This document shows, one piece after another, positions 26,201 to 40,779 of a DNA stretch of 64,000 nucleotides. Both the position numbers and the translations under genes were made by a program. Positions within the stretch are counted from its first letter, which is position 1. Each line of letters opens with the position of its first letter. The DNA lies in the NCBI RefSeq assembly GCF_964355755.1, contig NC_092679.1:13933432-13997431 (forward strand), in the 5' to 3' direction. This DNA comes from Antedon mediterranea. Taxonomy: Eukaryota > Animalia > Echinodermata. Below the pieces are notes generated by a model, which was not told the origin of the DNA, ran no database searches, and saw only the letters and a program-made list of their open reading frames with translations.

Positions 26201-29200
26201 GCGCTTTGCCTTGTTAATAGTATTTGTAAAGAGATTTCGTAGTCGCATTATATTCATATTTTTTTTTCAGGATTTGCCAGTTTAATTTTTGATTTGACAT
26301 AATCTCGTTCGTACATTAATTTCAGAATACTAGAGGGTGAGCTCGCTTCGCTCGCTCCTCTCTAGGAAGTGTAGACGCTGGTTCTCGGAATGATAATGTT
26401 CTCCTTTTTATACGTTTTCTGTCGGTTACCATTATTGAAAATGCTTGACATTCGTAAAACTAAACTACTTTGTTTCACAGTGTTTTAGATGATTAATAAC
26501 ATTTTAAAGTATAGTTTTTATTGTTTGGTAGGGCCCTTTGGGGAGGCGGAGTTCATTTGAGGGAGGTGCTTATTCGAGGGATATATGTTAAATTTGTTAG
26601 TTTTAATAATATGGTAACATTTATAATCAAATGAAATCCTCTAATAGATATGAAAAGTGGTAAAAAAAGAATAACAAATGCTTGGTAAATTGTAGATAAC
26701 AGTGCGGTGAATTCTATACAAGTAGTATAATTGTGTTATTATAAATATGCATGTGGATGGACGTTTATTAGATAGTTGGGTTGGGGTGGGGGGTTATTCA
26801 AAGTGATGTTTTATTGGAGAGGCGTTTATTCAAATGAATACCATCCTAATAATTATTAATACATTATTTAATTTAATCTTCTTTTGAAACTAACTGCCGT
26901 GACAGAGTGGGCCCAAGAAAGAAGACATTACGGCTTGCAACATGGGCAGACATCTCGGTCCTAACGGGAGACAGGAAGATAACCTACAGTTATTCCTGCA
27001 AGCTTACTCAATAAAACTCAGCTATCCGGATTTCACTCGAAAAAAGTCTTATCATCAAATCTCCCTATGTAATTTTATAATACTATTCCCCACAATATAT
27101 TCTGATTCTTTATGGCGTATATTTAATTTGATCTTTATTAATTTGCAGTATAATTTCTATTATTTAACTACTGTACCTTCACACACGCGCGCCATGGAGG
27201 TATAAAAATACCTCTATTAGTCATAGCCATTTCAGTTTTTTGTTTATTTTAAAACATACCGCGCGCGCATGGAGGTATAAATACCTCCATGCGCGCGCGG
27301 TATGTTTTAAAATAAACAAAAAACTGAAATGGCTATGACTAATGGCCAACTTAAGCTCCAGTCCTACTATCTGATTTTTTTTTCGTCTTCCAAAAGGACA
27401 CTGTATTGATGGATGGAAAGTGCCTGTTTCCAGTCACCTTTAGGGTCAAATCTATTATTTTAACTGCTCCCTTGTGTATAAAAGAGAGAAAATATTTGAA
27501 ACCAGGTTGTTGCAAGGTGAACTTATCTTAAACCCGGAAATCACTTTGACCGGGAAGAATTGAAATTGAGATGAAAATCTAATGTTGAAATCATAAATTT
27601 TGTTAAAAAACTCTTTAGAATATCTTCCTAAGATAGAAATATGGAACAATAGCGTCGATGTGAACACTAATGTTATCAAATCTACGTTTCGTGGTACATC
27701 TCAGATAGATAAGGTAGGTATCCAAGGCGGAGATTTGTACCACCGAAGTTTTTGCATTGTGCTCACCTAGGTCAGAATTAACCATAATTTATATATATAG
27801 ATTAGGGGTCATCCAGGATGAGCATCTGCGTTTAACTCTGCATGATTTTATTGTAGAGGGATGCTCAATTTTTTTTTTATTATTTTGTAATTTGTATTTT
27901 TTGTAATTACAGGAAGGTATCAAACTTCTAAACTGAACTTTGAATATAATAATTGTAAAAATATTGATAGATAAACATGTTGAAACATAACTGAAAATTA
28001 CTCACAGACTAAAAATACTGTCCATTGCGACGAAGGCGTCTTTGTGTATAAAGCTAATATTGTTGTTTACAAGATCGCTGAAAACAACAAAACAGACGTA
28101 CAATATTCTAGTATGTAACTACCTTTACGCTTAAAAGCATTGCTTTATTTTTAAAGCATTGCTAAATTTTTAAAGACTCCATACTTCACTATGTCGGTTG
28201 GTCGGTAGGTCCGTCGGTCGGTCTGTCGGCAGGTCGGTCGGTCGGTAAATACTAACTCAAATTTGAGCACTCGACTGGGCCAGCCATATATATGGCCTTG
28301 TATCTCTTAGTGACTGATCATCATGATTGTGTTTTATTGAGGTTCAGTAATATCTTGTGGTTAGAGATCAGATAACAATATTATGACGTAGGGGTTGTCT
28401 TTCGCTTAAAATATGTAATAATAATTATAATATTAATCTAGTTTAACAATTCTTAAATAGGGAGGTATTTAAATAACAACAAATAAAAATAAAATGTTGA
28501 CAAAAAATCACAAAAACGTGTGTTCAAGATCAGATATTCATTCTTTATACACTACTGAATAAACCATGGTTCTTTTTTACAGCAGAACGTAACCAAATTG
28601 TGCATTTTGCCATTTGAAGAACCATTACATTTTCCACAATTTATTTTTCTATAAGTCAGCACCAGATGCCCACCAGATAGACATATGCAAGGTAATGAAA
28701 TCCTGACAATAATATAATTGAATGCCATAAAGAAATAACATTTGTGTAATTGTAATCCAGCTACATGGCCATTCTCCATATCTTAAGAAGAATTTAAGGT
28801 TATGTGGTTTAAAAAAATAGGCCGTTGGTGGTATGCCCATCTATGGGAATGTTCGCTTCTTTTATACATAATACTTACAGCACCAATATGTCGCCGCCTT
28901 GAAATGCTTTTGATGGGATACTTCGTAGTTTGTTTTTAGAAAGATGTCTATGGTATGGTATTGAGAAAATAACAGATTAGTCTTAAATATGACCCGAAGT
29001 TACTTTAGAGATGCAACCTTCAATCACCACAAAAAACTGGATAATACCAATGAGCACCATATTACAAAAATTATAGATATCATCGCGAGTTACATTAAAA
29101 AGATATTGACATTATAATAATTTAACATCTATCCGGGGGTTGTTTTATAGCATTTTTAATTAATTGTTTTCAATTATATTAATTATGATATAAAAATAAA

Positions 29201-32200
29201 TTAAACATTTGCTTATAATGTAGTAATGTAGTATATAAAAGCCCATATTAAAATTAATTTAAACAAAACATGTGAATTGATAGTTGATTTTAGGACAAAA
29301 AATAGGTCAGTTCATGAGCCTCTTAATATAGGAAATGAGTTAATTAAAGTTGTCCCAGAGTATAAATATCTAGGAACTATAATAGACAAAAAGCTGGTCT
29401 GGTGTAATAACATTAAAAAACTCTATAAAAAAGGACAACAGCTATATTTGTTAAGACAACTTAGGAAATTTAATGTTAGTAAACAAATTCTTATACTGTT
29501 CTATCAGTCAACCATACTTAGTGTTATATCTTTTTGTAGAATTATCTGGGAGGCTTGTTTATATGAAAAAGATAAGGAATTATTAAATAAAATTACCAGA
29601 AGGGCTGGGCGGGTTATTGGAGTTGATGTATCCATACCTAATTTCAACTACGATGGAGGTGTTCTCTCCTTGGTAAAACGTATACTCTCCCAAACAGACC
29701 ACCCGCTCCATAAGGAATACATTTTTCTTCCATCAAATATTCGTATCCGTCTGCCTCGAAGCCGTACTAAACGCTACAATAAATCATTTGTCCCACAGTC
29801 TATTGTCACCTATAACAAACTTGTCCAGCGCTAACTCATGGAGAGAACACCTGGATCGTAGCCTTTTTTATATTTTATTAGTGATTTTCTATATTGACTG
29901 TTTTCTGCATGTACGTATATTGTTATTATCTCTGCAGTGTATATAAGAGGAATTTCTAATGTATTTTTATATTGGACCAAATAAAGAATATATATATAAT
30001 ATATTTTACCATTTTTTATATTTTGTGGCCAGTAAAAATCGTAATTTATATAATATAGATCTGTGCCTTAAATATATATATATATATATATATATGTCAC
30101 ATACATTTACAGATTTAGTAAATCACGTGGAATTCGGCACCGCAACCGCAATAACACTGTAATGGTAACTGGCAAACAAAGTTTTTATATTTTTAAAATG
30201 TAATTTTACTATGTGGAATATACATTGTTCAATTGATTAATGACAGTGAATTGATAAAAGTCCTCTTCCATCCATTCATCCGTTACGCTATTCGTCTTGG
30301 GTAGACATTGCGTACGCTAATCGTTTCCATGATAATAATTTAAAATAAATAAGTGCATCAACCTAGCAACGTGACCGATAATACAAATAGCCAATAAATA
30401 GAAAAAGGTCAGTAGTACAAGGCTATGTATCTTTGTTACGGAATCAGAGCTAGACTTTCGATCGCCCTCTAGTGAGATTGTATAAACAGAAAACAGTTAT
30501 ATTTATTACTCACATGCTACTTCCTGTTGAGAGTTTGAAAGTTCCAGTAGATAGTTCTACGACAGATGGTGAAATAGAGCTAAAAAGAATAGAACACAAA
30601 TTATATCATTAATATATAATTTGTAACTTTTAATAATAAAGTATTGTGTGTATAGTTTGGTTCCGCCGAACAACGCCGATATACACTGTACTAGATGGTA
30701 CGCGAGCGAACTTTGGTAATCGTAAATGACATTTAATACAAATGACGTTTAACTATATTATCACACGTTAATTAAGTTTGTTAGTCTGTAATACTATTCT
30801 GCGACTTGTTTACACTTGTGGGTTTACAGAAAAAAATTTATCATATAATACTCTTAATATATAATATAAAAATTTAATCTGTAACTCTGACAGAGTGTTC
30901 TAGATGGCATATAATAAATAATGCCGATTCAAGATAAGCGAGCCTTCGAGTTGTCTGACCACTCCAACATTTTCGAGAACTTGTTTGAATAACGTGTTCG
31001 TATTTCTACCACGCTTCGAGCATTTGTTTGGAAGAATAGCTTTTACGTCAACGATCATTATCGGATCTAATAAAAAAAAATCAGATTTGCAGAATTTCGT
31101 TGCTGGGTTTTGATGAATGTAGATAAATCACATGTCTTACATATATTGTGAATGTCGACGTTGGTGTAAGACAGTTTATAACATTAATCATCTAAAGTGT
31201 TTTTCGCCGATAACCACTACGGATCATTCGTCGTAAAAAGGTACACCAGGTCGAATCAAGTTTATTTGATTGTGCAGACGTTAGAACCCAGTTTTGACAA
31301 TTGAATGTCAATCGACTTCGAATATAAGCTCATAGGAAAATCAAACGAGTTTGGAGAAGAATATTGTGATTTAATAAAACATTCTTCATTGACGAAATTT
31401 GTTTTTGGCAGATTCGATGCAACTATTGAATTCCCAGTGTCCTGTGGTATTCTGGTCATGGACGATTTGAGAGCCAAGATAGCGAAACCTGTCGGTGTTT
31501 TTAATAGGTTTTCCATAAGGGATATAACACTCTTGGGATAAACATCTTCTCCATATGTGAATTTACGATTGGTAGTCATGGTTTCTGTTTTAGTCGCATT
31601 TATTTCCAGTTTAAATTGTTTAAAAATGGAATCGATCAGGGAGAGTGATGATTCGAGTGAAGCAAACGAAAATAGATATAACACGATATCATCGGCGTAA
31701 CCTGCCCAATCGAGTTGCGATGTACTGCCAACAGTTGGTCCACGTTTAATAGTTGCACGTTCTTCGCGAGTAGTAGGTATTCGATGTTTGAATTGACAGA
31801 AATCTAATCTCTGACTGGTTGCGTGATGCATGAAAATTCTCATTACAAAGTCAATATATAAATCAAACACCAGCGGTTGTTGGTACGTTTCGTCCTTCAA
31901 CATCTATCTGTAGTTTTTGAGTACAAATTTTGAAGTATATCAATAAGGGTAGTGTTTTCGAGTTCTGGTGGTAAACGAAGGCGTATAGATGTCCAGAGCC
32001 AGGATCTAGCGATATGATCAAACGCGGCAGATAGATCGACAAAAGAAGATATCCTGTCGTTGATTGATCGTTCGTGATTTGCATGCTGAAAACGTTTGGT
32101 GGCATCATTGGTGCCATGATTTTGACGAAAGCCATATTGATTGTCAGTGAGCTGATGATCGTACCATGATTGAAGTCTTGAAAGTATAATGTTGATGACA

Positions 32201-35200
32201 CTTTTACCAACGATAGAGCCGATGTTGAGTCTACGATACATAGTTGGGTCACGTTTCGAGCCTTTGCCCTTCCACAATGCTTCAATTTTTCCATTACCCC
32301 AACTTTTTGGAACAGTCTTATCTTTCCAAACTTGCTCGACAAGCTCCATAAAAAGTTCATAAAATTGAAAGACTTTCTCGCATGTTTCAAAATTTCAGGT
32401 GGAATGTCATTGGAAGCCTTCCGATTTTTCCGTTTAGCTAAACTTTCGATAACTTCGTCCCGAAAGGGAACATCTTTCTTAAACGGATATTGCCGAGAGA
32501 TTTCTTGGAGTTGTTCAACTAACCCCGGTATATCTGTTGTAAGTTCAGTAGGAGTTTCGTCCTCTCGAGGTAGTGGTGGATTAAAATGGTTGGTAAAGTG
32601 ATCGATGAGCTTTTCTGATGGACAGGACGAAGGTGGATTTTCCAGTGTTGTTGTTTGCGATTTTGCTTTAGCAAAGAGTTTAGCGATTTCACGATTTATA
32701 GCATGAATATTAATCTTAGCAGCCTCAGATTTGAAAAAGTTGTTTTTCAGAGTTTTGTGACGGTTTAGAATTCTACGTGATAATATGATGGTTGGTGGTT
32801 TCTTTAGGATCACCATTTTGACGAGCTTTATCACGCTGTTGAAAAAGTTCTTTTAATTCGAGATCATTACGCCACGGAGGATCGCTTTGATTTGGTACTG
32901 TGCGTTGGGGATCTCGGCATTTGCAATTTCTTTTAGATGTCGAATGAGCACAGCATCTTTCTCATCAACCGAGTTAATGGCATTTAGTTGAGAGAATCGT
33001 TCTTCAAGTTTGTCATGGAAGTTTCTTTTCGTTATTTCGTCATTCAAGAAAAAATCCAAATCTAGTTTTTTTTCTTTTTGGTGTGTTTACGATTTACGAA
33101 ACGTGCCACTTTAGTTTTCGGAGTTCTAAAAGTGGTTACTAAAAGTTTATGATCACTATTAAAATCGAAACTAATTTGTTCGCACACGACAATCGGGGAT
33201 ATATTGACGCAGCCAGTCATTGCACAGGAGGTAGTCAAGTGTTTTTAGTCGCGTGGAAGCGACTCTATAGTTCACTATGTCGGTCGGTCGGTCGGTCGGT
33301 CTGTCGGTCTGTCGGTCTGTCGGTCCGGTATCACTATGCGTTTTATCGCTTTCTGACCTTATCTTGATATCAGTTTAATCTAGCTAGGTCAATTTTTCAC
33401 AGTATATTCCTTATGGCCAGGAATCGATGTGGTTATGTTTTCACGGTGCGCAATAAAAAATTACGCGGTCTACGCACGATTTAACGAAATCACGTTTGTA
33501 ATCATATCTTCACAACCATGAATCACAATTAAATGAAATTTGGTACTCATAAATTTCAGGGCATAAATCATCATATGGCAATACAATTACGTGCGTAGCG
33601 CATGTAACGCATGCGTACGCGCGCTTAAAATTTTCAAAATTTATTTTCGATGAAATAAGAGTACGTTTCAGGCAATTTTAAGCGTTTACAAAATTCGTAT
33701 TCTGCATTACCAACTTTTATGATTGTATTACCCTTTTTCGTACTTCTTGTAGTGCACAAAGAGTGAGTCCACTTCTATCGATCTGACGTACAGCTTCTTC
33801 TAGTCTCCAATCTTCCGAGCCGCTTCGAATGTTAATTGTGCCAATTTTCCATTGATGAAAGTTTTTTAAAGATCGATTCGACGTTTTAGGCATGTGTAAC
33901 AATGATTGCGTATTTTGAATTTTTCTATAAGTTAATTTTATACAGTCGCGGTATTGGATAAGAATAAGGATATTGTTTAACAACTGCACACTTCCTCTTA
34001 CATGCTAACAGATCCACCATTTGTAAATGCAAACGCATTTTCACCAAGCATTTGAAGTTTCTTGTTATTCTTAATTCGCCTGAAAAAAAATGAAGGAGAG
34101 GAGAAGATTACTAGTTCGTAGTTCCTTATTAAAATACAACTAAAGGACAGTCACACATTTTTAGTCGCGTTGAAGCGACTCTTTAGTTCACTATGTCGGT
34201 CGCTCGGTCTGTCGGTCTGTCGGTCTGTCGGTCCGGTATCACTATGCGTTTTATCACTTTCTGACCTTATCTTGATATCAGTTTAATCTAGCTAGGTCAA
34301 TTTTTCACAGTATATTCCTTATGGCCAGGAATCAATGTGGTTATGTTTTCACGGTGCGCAATAAAAAATTACGCGGTCTACGCACGATTTAACGAAATCA
34401 CGTTTGTAATCATATCTTCACAACCATGAATCACAATTCAATAAAATTTGGTACTCATAAATTTCAGGGCATAAATCATCATATGGCAATACAATTACGT
34501 GCGTAGCGCATGTAACTGCGCGTTAAATGTTATTGCGCACTCTTTTTGCCCGATTTCTGTTTTCTTGACTTACTTTTCAACTCGAAATTACGTTATACGA
34601 GCACGTCAAAAGTGACAGGCTACGCACGTGTAAATAAAAGAAATATAAATGTTTTTAAACATTTCAACATTTTTAAACATGTTCAGTAATTTCAGTCACT
34701 ATAGTTCACTATGTCGGTCGGTCGGTCTGTCGGTCTGTCTGTCGGTCTGTCGGTCTGTCTGTCGGTCGGGTATCACTATGCATTGTAGCACGCGACTTAA
34801 TGGCTGTTGGCCTTGTTTTTAAAGATTTTAATACTTAATAACTGTCTAATTGAGTTGTCAACATGTTGACCTCTTCTATTTCTTCCGGTCAATGTTTAAT
34901 AGTATTTAAGCATTTACGTCCTCTATGGTGAATAAGTAACTAGCTTTACAAAGACAAAACACATGACCTAACTAATGTTTCAAAATATGTTGGTATGGAT
35001 CGATGAACCTTGACCTACTCTACCTTTGCTACCCTATTTCCGCAATTTTTTTTTGCATCTAACATCACCCCCCCCCCCCCCACGAATAAGTAATTAGCTT
35101 TACGAAGGTTATAACAGTTGACCTACTTCTTTTTTTTCAAAATATTTTAGTAGGGATCGATTGGTAGCCAAGCATCAAGCCACAGCTCCACTTTAAACTT

Positions 35201-38200
35201 ACAATTTTACCAATTTGCTGTTGTTTACAAAAGTGAAAGGTTCAATCATATTTATATTATTAAATGACAGGCCTCTGAAAAAAAATCATCATTAGTTTTT
35301 AGAATAAATATCTAAAATATTGTAAAAGTTGTTAAATAAGATTGTGGTAGTCGTGGTGGTGACAGGTGGTGCCATAGTAGCAGCAGCGGCAGCAGTAGGA
35401 GCAGCAGTAGTACAACAGACTGACTAGAACGATCGTCAACTTGTATTTTCAGTAACTACATGCAGTACATTATTTATCTTATTCATTCGTGTTATAAAGA
35501 AGAAATCACTTAGTGACGCTATGAAATAACAACTGATGATCATCTAAATCAAATAAAATATTCTTTTTCTTCATCATCGTTATCATCAACATATAAAGAA
35601 AATCAGAAAAATAAAAACAGGTCTATTTATACAGATATTGACTGCTTAGAGGTTAAATATAAGATTTGACATCCCCGAGGAAATGATATTATATTCGAGG
35701 GAATATATATTTCCCGAAGCGCCAGCTTTCCCGAGTGGATGTAAACGGTGATATCTGTTATATTACATATCCAACAACAAGTTGAATTTAACTGCTGGGT
35801 CGGGTGTAGGCCTAGCTAGGCCTCTTTTATGTAATAAGCCTGCCTAGTTAGGCGTTGCATTCATCTTACCTTGTAAAGAATAATATACAGATAATTACTA
35901 ATTAATGATTCCTTGGTAATAAAATATTCACTTAGGCCTAGGCCGTTTAAATTAACAGAATAATTTCTAATAATAATAATAATATTATTATCACTTTATC
36001 AGGTAGGCCGAATAAATAATAAGTCTTCTTCTTCGAGGAGCCGTACCGTGTTACTACTGTGTATTAACCAATCACAAACGGTCTTTCGTCACATCTAGTC
36101 AAATCATTAATCAAACTACCATTAATGATCTTATTACTAAAATTAATTGGAATCCACTTTACAATTCAAATGACACTAATACTAGTTATAATATGTTTAT
36201 TAAAGAAATCCAACATACGATTGAACAAACTATTCCATCTAAAACACCTAAACCAAGAAAAAATAATATAAAAAAAAACTATGGATTACTAGAGGTATTC
36301 TTAAGTCAGTCAATAAAAAAAATGTATTATATAAAAAACATTTAAAATCCTCAACACAATTAAATATTTCAAAATTTAAGAAATACAGAAATATGCTTAC
36401 TAATCTCAACAGAATTAGTAAACGTAATTATTACTCTCGTATTTTATTTAATGCTTCAAATGACGCAAAGCAGACTTGGTCAATTATTAATGACTAGAGG
36501 GTGAGCTTGCTTCGCTCGCTCCCCCTCTAGAAAGTGTAGACGATGGTTCTCGGAATGATAATGTTCTCCTTATATATTTTCTGTCGGTTACCATTATTGA
36601 AAATGCTTGACATTCGTAAAACTAAACTACTTTGTTTCACAGTGTTTTAGATGATTAATAACATTTTAAAGTATAGTTTTTATTGTTTGGTAGGCCCCTT
36701 TGGGGAGGCGGAGGTCATTTGAGGGAGGTGCTTATTCGAGGGATATATGTTAAATTTTTTAGTTTTAATAATAATTATGGTAACATTTATAATCAAATGA
36801 AATCCTCTAATACAGTAGATATGAAAAGTGGTAAAAAAGAATAACAAATGCTTGGTAAATTTTGTAGATAACAGTGCGGTGAATTCTACTACAAATAGTA
36901 TAATTGTGTTATTATAAATAAGTGGATGGACGTTTATTAGATAGTTGGGTTGGGGGGGGGGGGTATTATTCAAAGTGATGTTTTATTGGAGAGGCGTTTA
37001 TTCAAATGAATACCATCCTAATAATTATTAATACATTATTTAATTTAATCATCTTTTGAAACTTCCGTAACAGAGTGGGCCCAAGAAAGAAGACATTACG
37101 GCTTGCAACATGGGCAGACATCTCGGTCCTAACGGGACACAGGAAGATAGCCTACAGTTATTCCTGCAAGCTTACTCAATAAAACTCAGCTATCGGGATT
37201 TCACTCGAAAAATGTCTTATCATCAAATCTCCCTATGTAATTTTATAATACTATTCCCCACAATATATTCTGATTCTTTATGACGTATATTTAATTTGAT
37301 CTTTATTAATTTGCAGTATAATTTAACTACTGTACCTTCACACACGCGTGGTATGTTTTAAAATAAACAAAAAACTGAAATGGCTATGACTCCTACTATC
37401 TGATTTTTTTTTCGTCTTCCAAAGGGACACTGTATTGATTGATGGAAAGTGCCTGTTTCCAGTCACCTTTAGGGTCAAATCTATTATTTTAACTGCTCCC
37501 TTGTGTTTAAAAGAGAGAAAATATTTGAAACCAGGTCGTTGCAAGGTGAACTTATCTTAAACCCGGAAATTACTTTGACCGGGAAGAATTGAAATTGAGA
37601 GGAAAATCTGATGTTGAAATCATAAATGTTGTTAAAAAACTCTTTATAATATCTTCCTAAGATATAAATATGGAACAATAGCGTCGGAGTGAACACTAAT
37701 GTTATCAAATCTACGTTTCGCGGTACATCTCGGATAGATAAGGTAGGTATCCAAGGCGGAGATTTGTACCGAAGTTTTTGCATTGTGCTCGCCTATGTCA
37801 GAATTAACCATAATTTATACATAGATGTGCTTGGCAGAAAGAAACATGTTACTGTCTTACCTGACTCTGAAGGTCATAACAAAGTAGGCCCTAGATATTG
37901 TCAATAATATTAATAAACACTTCAATGAAGTAGGAGAAACTCTTGCCAAAAATATTGTCTTGCCTGTAAATGAAAACTACAAGCAATATTTTCCAAATTA
38001 AAGCGCACTGATGATTTAGAAATTATTTCTATTGTTAATAAACTGAAACCATCTAACTCTGAAGGCATTGATGAAATTAGCAGTAAATTACTTAAATATA
38101 TTATTCCATCTGTAGCGTCACCTTTATCATACATCTTTAATTTGATTTTATTATGGAAACTTGAATACTATGGCATTATGGGGTCTGCACTATCTTGGTT

Positions 38201-40725
38201 TAAAAAATATATATGTGGAAGAAGGCAATGTACAGTCATTAACGGAATTTCTTCTGAACACACAACTAATAATTATGGAATACTCAAAGGAAGTATTCTT
38301 GGGCCATTATTATTTATCATTATATATAAATTATATTTTTAATTCTTTTTTTTTCTCTTTTGTTATACAAATATATATATATTATTATATTATACATAAT
38401 TTTTTGTAAAAATATAAAACAATAAAATTCAATAGAGTTGTTAAAAAAGCACTATATCTATACATGTACATAAAATCGATGTAGTATGATTTAAAAACGT
38501 ACATTTTATGGTTATTGCAAGTTATTGTGAAGGTACGCCTATTTACCATTTACTCTATATTTTTAAAAAATGTATTCAAAAGTAGCTGTTTCTTTTATTA
38601 AATTTTAACTCAATACACACAATTTGTATGTTTCTTGTTTGTTTTGACCTTATATTACATCTATTACAAATATATACACTCATACACACATTAATAAACC
38701 TATTTATATTCACGAATCATAACATATTATATGCTACAATTTATGTTTTGGCCTTTTATTACATATTTCATTACACTATTTCTAAACCTTAAAGTTCTGT
38801 TCTTACTATGTTGGCCATTTACATGTGTTGTGTTTACCTATATGTTTGACCCTGTGTTTCAGTCTATGTTTTACACTAATACATTTATTTCTGTCATATT
38901 TGGTTTTAGCATAATGTTTGTTGTCAAATTGTATAATGTATGGCCTCATTATAGGTATGATATTATTTTTAACATTATTTCATATATAGCATACTATCAT
39001 AGCAGCTGTGTTACAATTATGTGTTATGCCTAAACTTAATTCAATTACTTTATTACATTCTTACATAACTTTGTAGTAAGTACTATTACAGTTATGATTT
39101 CCATTATACCTTTAGTATTGAATGTTTATATACACTACAGCCTGTACTAGTTTTATATTTTTCTTATTTTATGAATTCTAATAATTTAATTTTAACATTA
39201 TTCCATTTTGTAACTGCTTTATATTGATTACATGCATATTCATTTTCTAAAAGATTTTTAATTCGAACTTAAACATATTCAAGATATTTTTTGAGTCGTT
39301 ACCCATCATGTTATCTGATAAACAAAGCTTTATCGGGATTTGTAGATACAAAACGTACAGATAGATGTTAGTTCATTTACAAGTTTATCTTTGGAACCAG
39401 TAACTATATCAAACCAATGTATAGGCGTTTCATTAAGAAAACATTCAACAATAAGAGTATTGAATTTTCTCCAAACTGGCTTAATTACTTTACACTTAAG
39501 CAACATGTGTTCTTCGTTTTCTATCACATTCTTACATCTATCGCAAATATTAGATTTAGACAATTTCCAAATATGTCATCTTTTATTACAAACAAGTATG
39601 CGATGTAAAAGTTTAAAATTAAATTGCGCAACTTTTACCATAATATGTTTCATATCTTTTACTATCTTATTCCATATTTTGTCCCATACCATAGTCTTAT
39701 TTAAAAAACTTTAAAAAATGTTTCCCATTTTACTTGGGAGATTGGCACTGTCTTTAATTCAATTATGAACTTATCATAAAAACATGTTTTAACATTTGAT
39801 TGGAATAATTCATTTTTAATATCAACATTAACTTGTTCTTTCTCTATTTTTATTTCTTCAAATATTTTAAACATGACTTTATTCGCTGACGATACAAATC
39901 TGTTCTTATCAAACCCCAATTTAAAATACACTTATTGATATTGTTAATTCTGAACTTATCAAAATTGATAAATAGCTTAGGTGTAATAAACTTTCTCTTT
40001 ACTGTGATAAGACTAGATATATAATTTTAAAAACTAAAAGAAGTAAAATTAATGTTAATAATATATCCATTAAAATTGCTGATAAATCTATATCCCAAAC
40101 AAATTACTATAAGTCTTTAGGAGTCTTTGTTGACGAATTTGTTAATTTTAAAACTCATATTGATCTCACTACTTCGAAAATATCTAAATAGTTTTAAAAT
40201 TCGTTACTACCTTCTTTAAGTGCACTCCTTTCAATCTATAAGTCACTTATGCAACCTCTTATCAGCTATTGCAACATTATTTGGTTTAATTCATATGCTT
40301 CTTACACTGATAAATTTGTTAAACTCCAGAAAAAAAAGCAAAACGAGCAATAACTTGGTCTGATTATCGTGCACCAACAAGTCCTCTCTTCCACATACAT
40401 AATGTATTAAAAATTGATGATATTCATAATTACCAAATTGGCATTGTTATGTTCCGAATGTTGAATATTTCTGATTTACGATTTTTAAACCTTAAAAATT
40501 GTACTGATGGTAATGGTCATAAGTAAATACTAAAGGAAATGTAAACTTCGACCTCCTCTTCGAAGACTAGTTTCTACAATTCATAGTATTGCTGTTTCGG
40601 GTTATTATGTCTGGAACAACTTAGATATGACTATTAAAAATGCAAATTCCATTAATGTTTTTTAAAAAATTGTTTAAGTTGAATCTAATTAAGTACAAAT
40701 CTTAATTTCTGCCGATGTCAATGTT

Positions 40726-40779
<54 letters not shown>

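Larger units (their letters stand above)
21530..27870 (-). mobile_element. CR1/L2-type LINE fragment interrupted by three DNA elements
   Basis: After removing the insertions the frames read WMTPNILKLMYERDY, YRPISVIGHIAKIMEK, HSTITSLHRVVGEWL, VPQGSVLG, FADDT and MMYKCIHGLAP...HGYNTR. Confidence 0.88.
36098..40705 (+). mobile_element. Decayed CR1/L2 LINE interrupted by a Helitron and an L1/Tx1 fragment
   Basis: WITRGILKS, FKKYRNMLT, QTWSIIND|VLGRKK, GILKGSILGPLLFIIYI, LFADDTNL and SYCNIIW; followed by (TA)n. Confidence 0.85.

Noticed and set aside
38731-39033. Hydrophobic 100-aa ORF resembling a mitochondrial membrane gene
   Set aside because: It is T-rich antisense sequence of a LINE 3' region with no recognisable motif.
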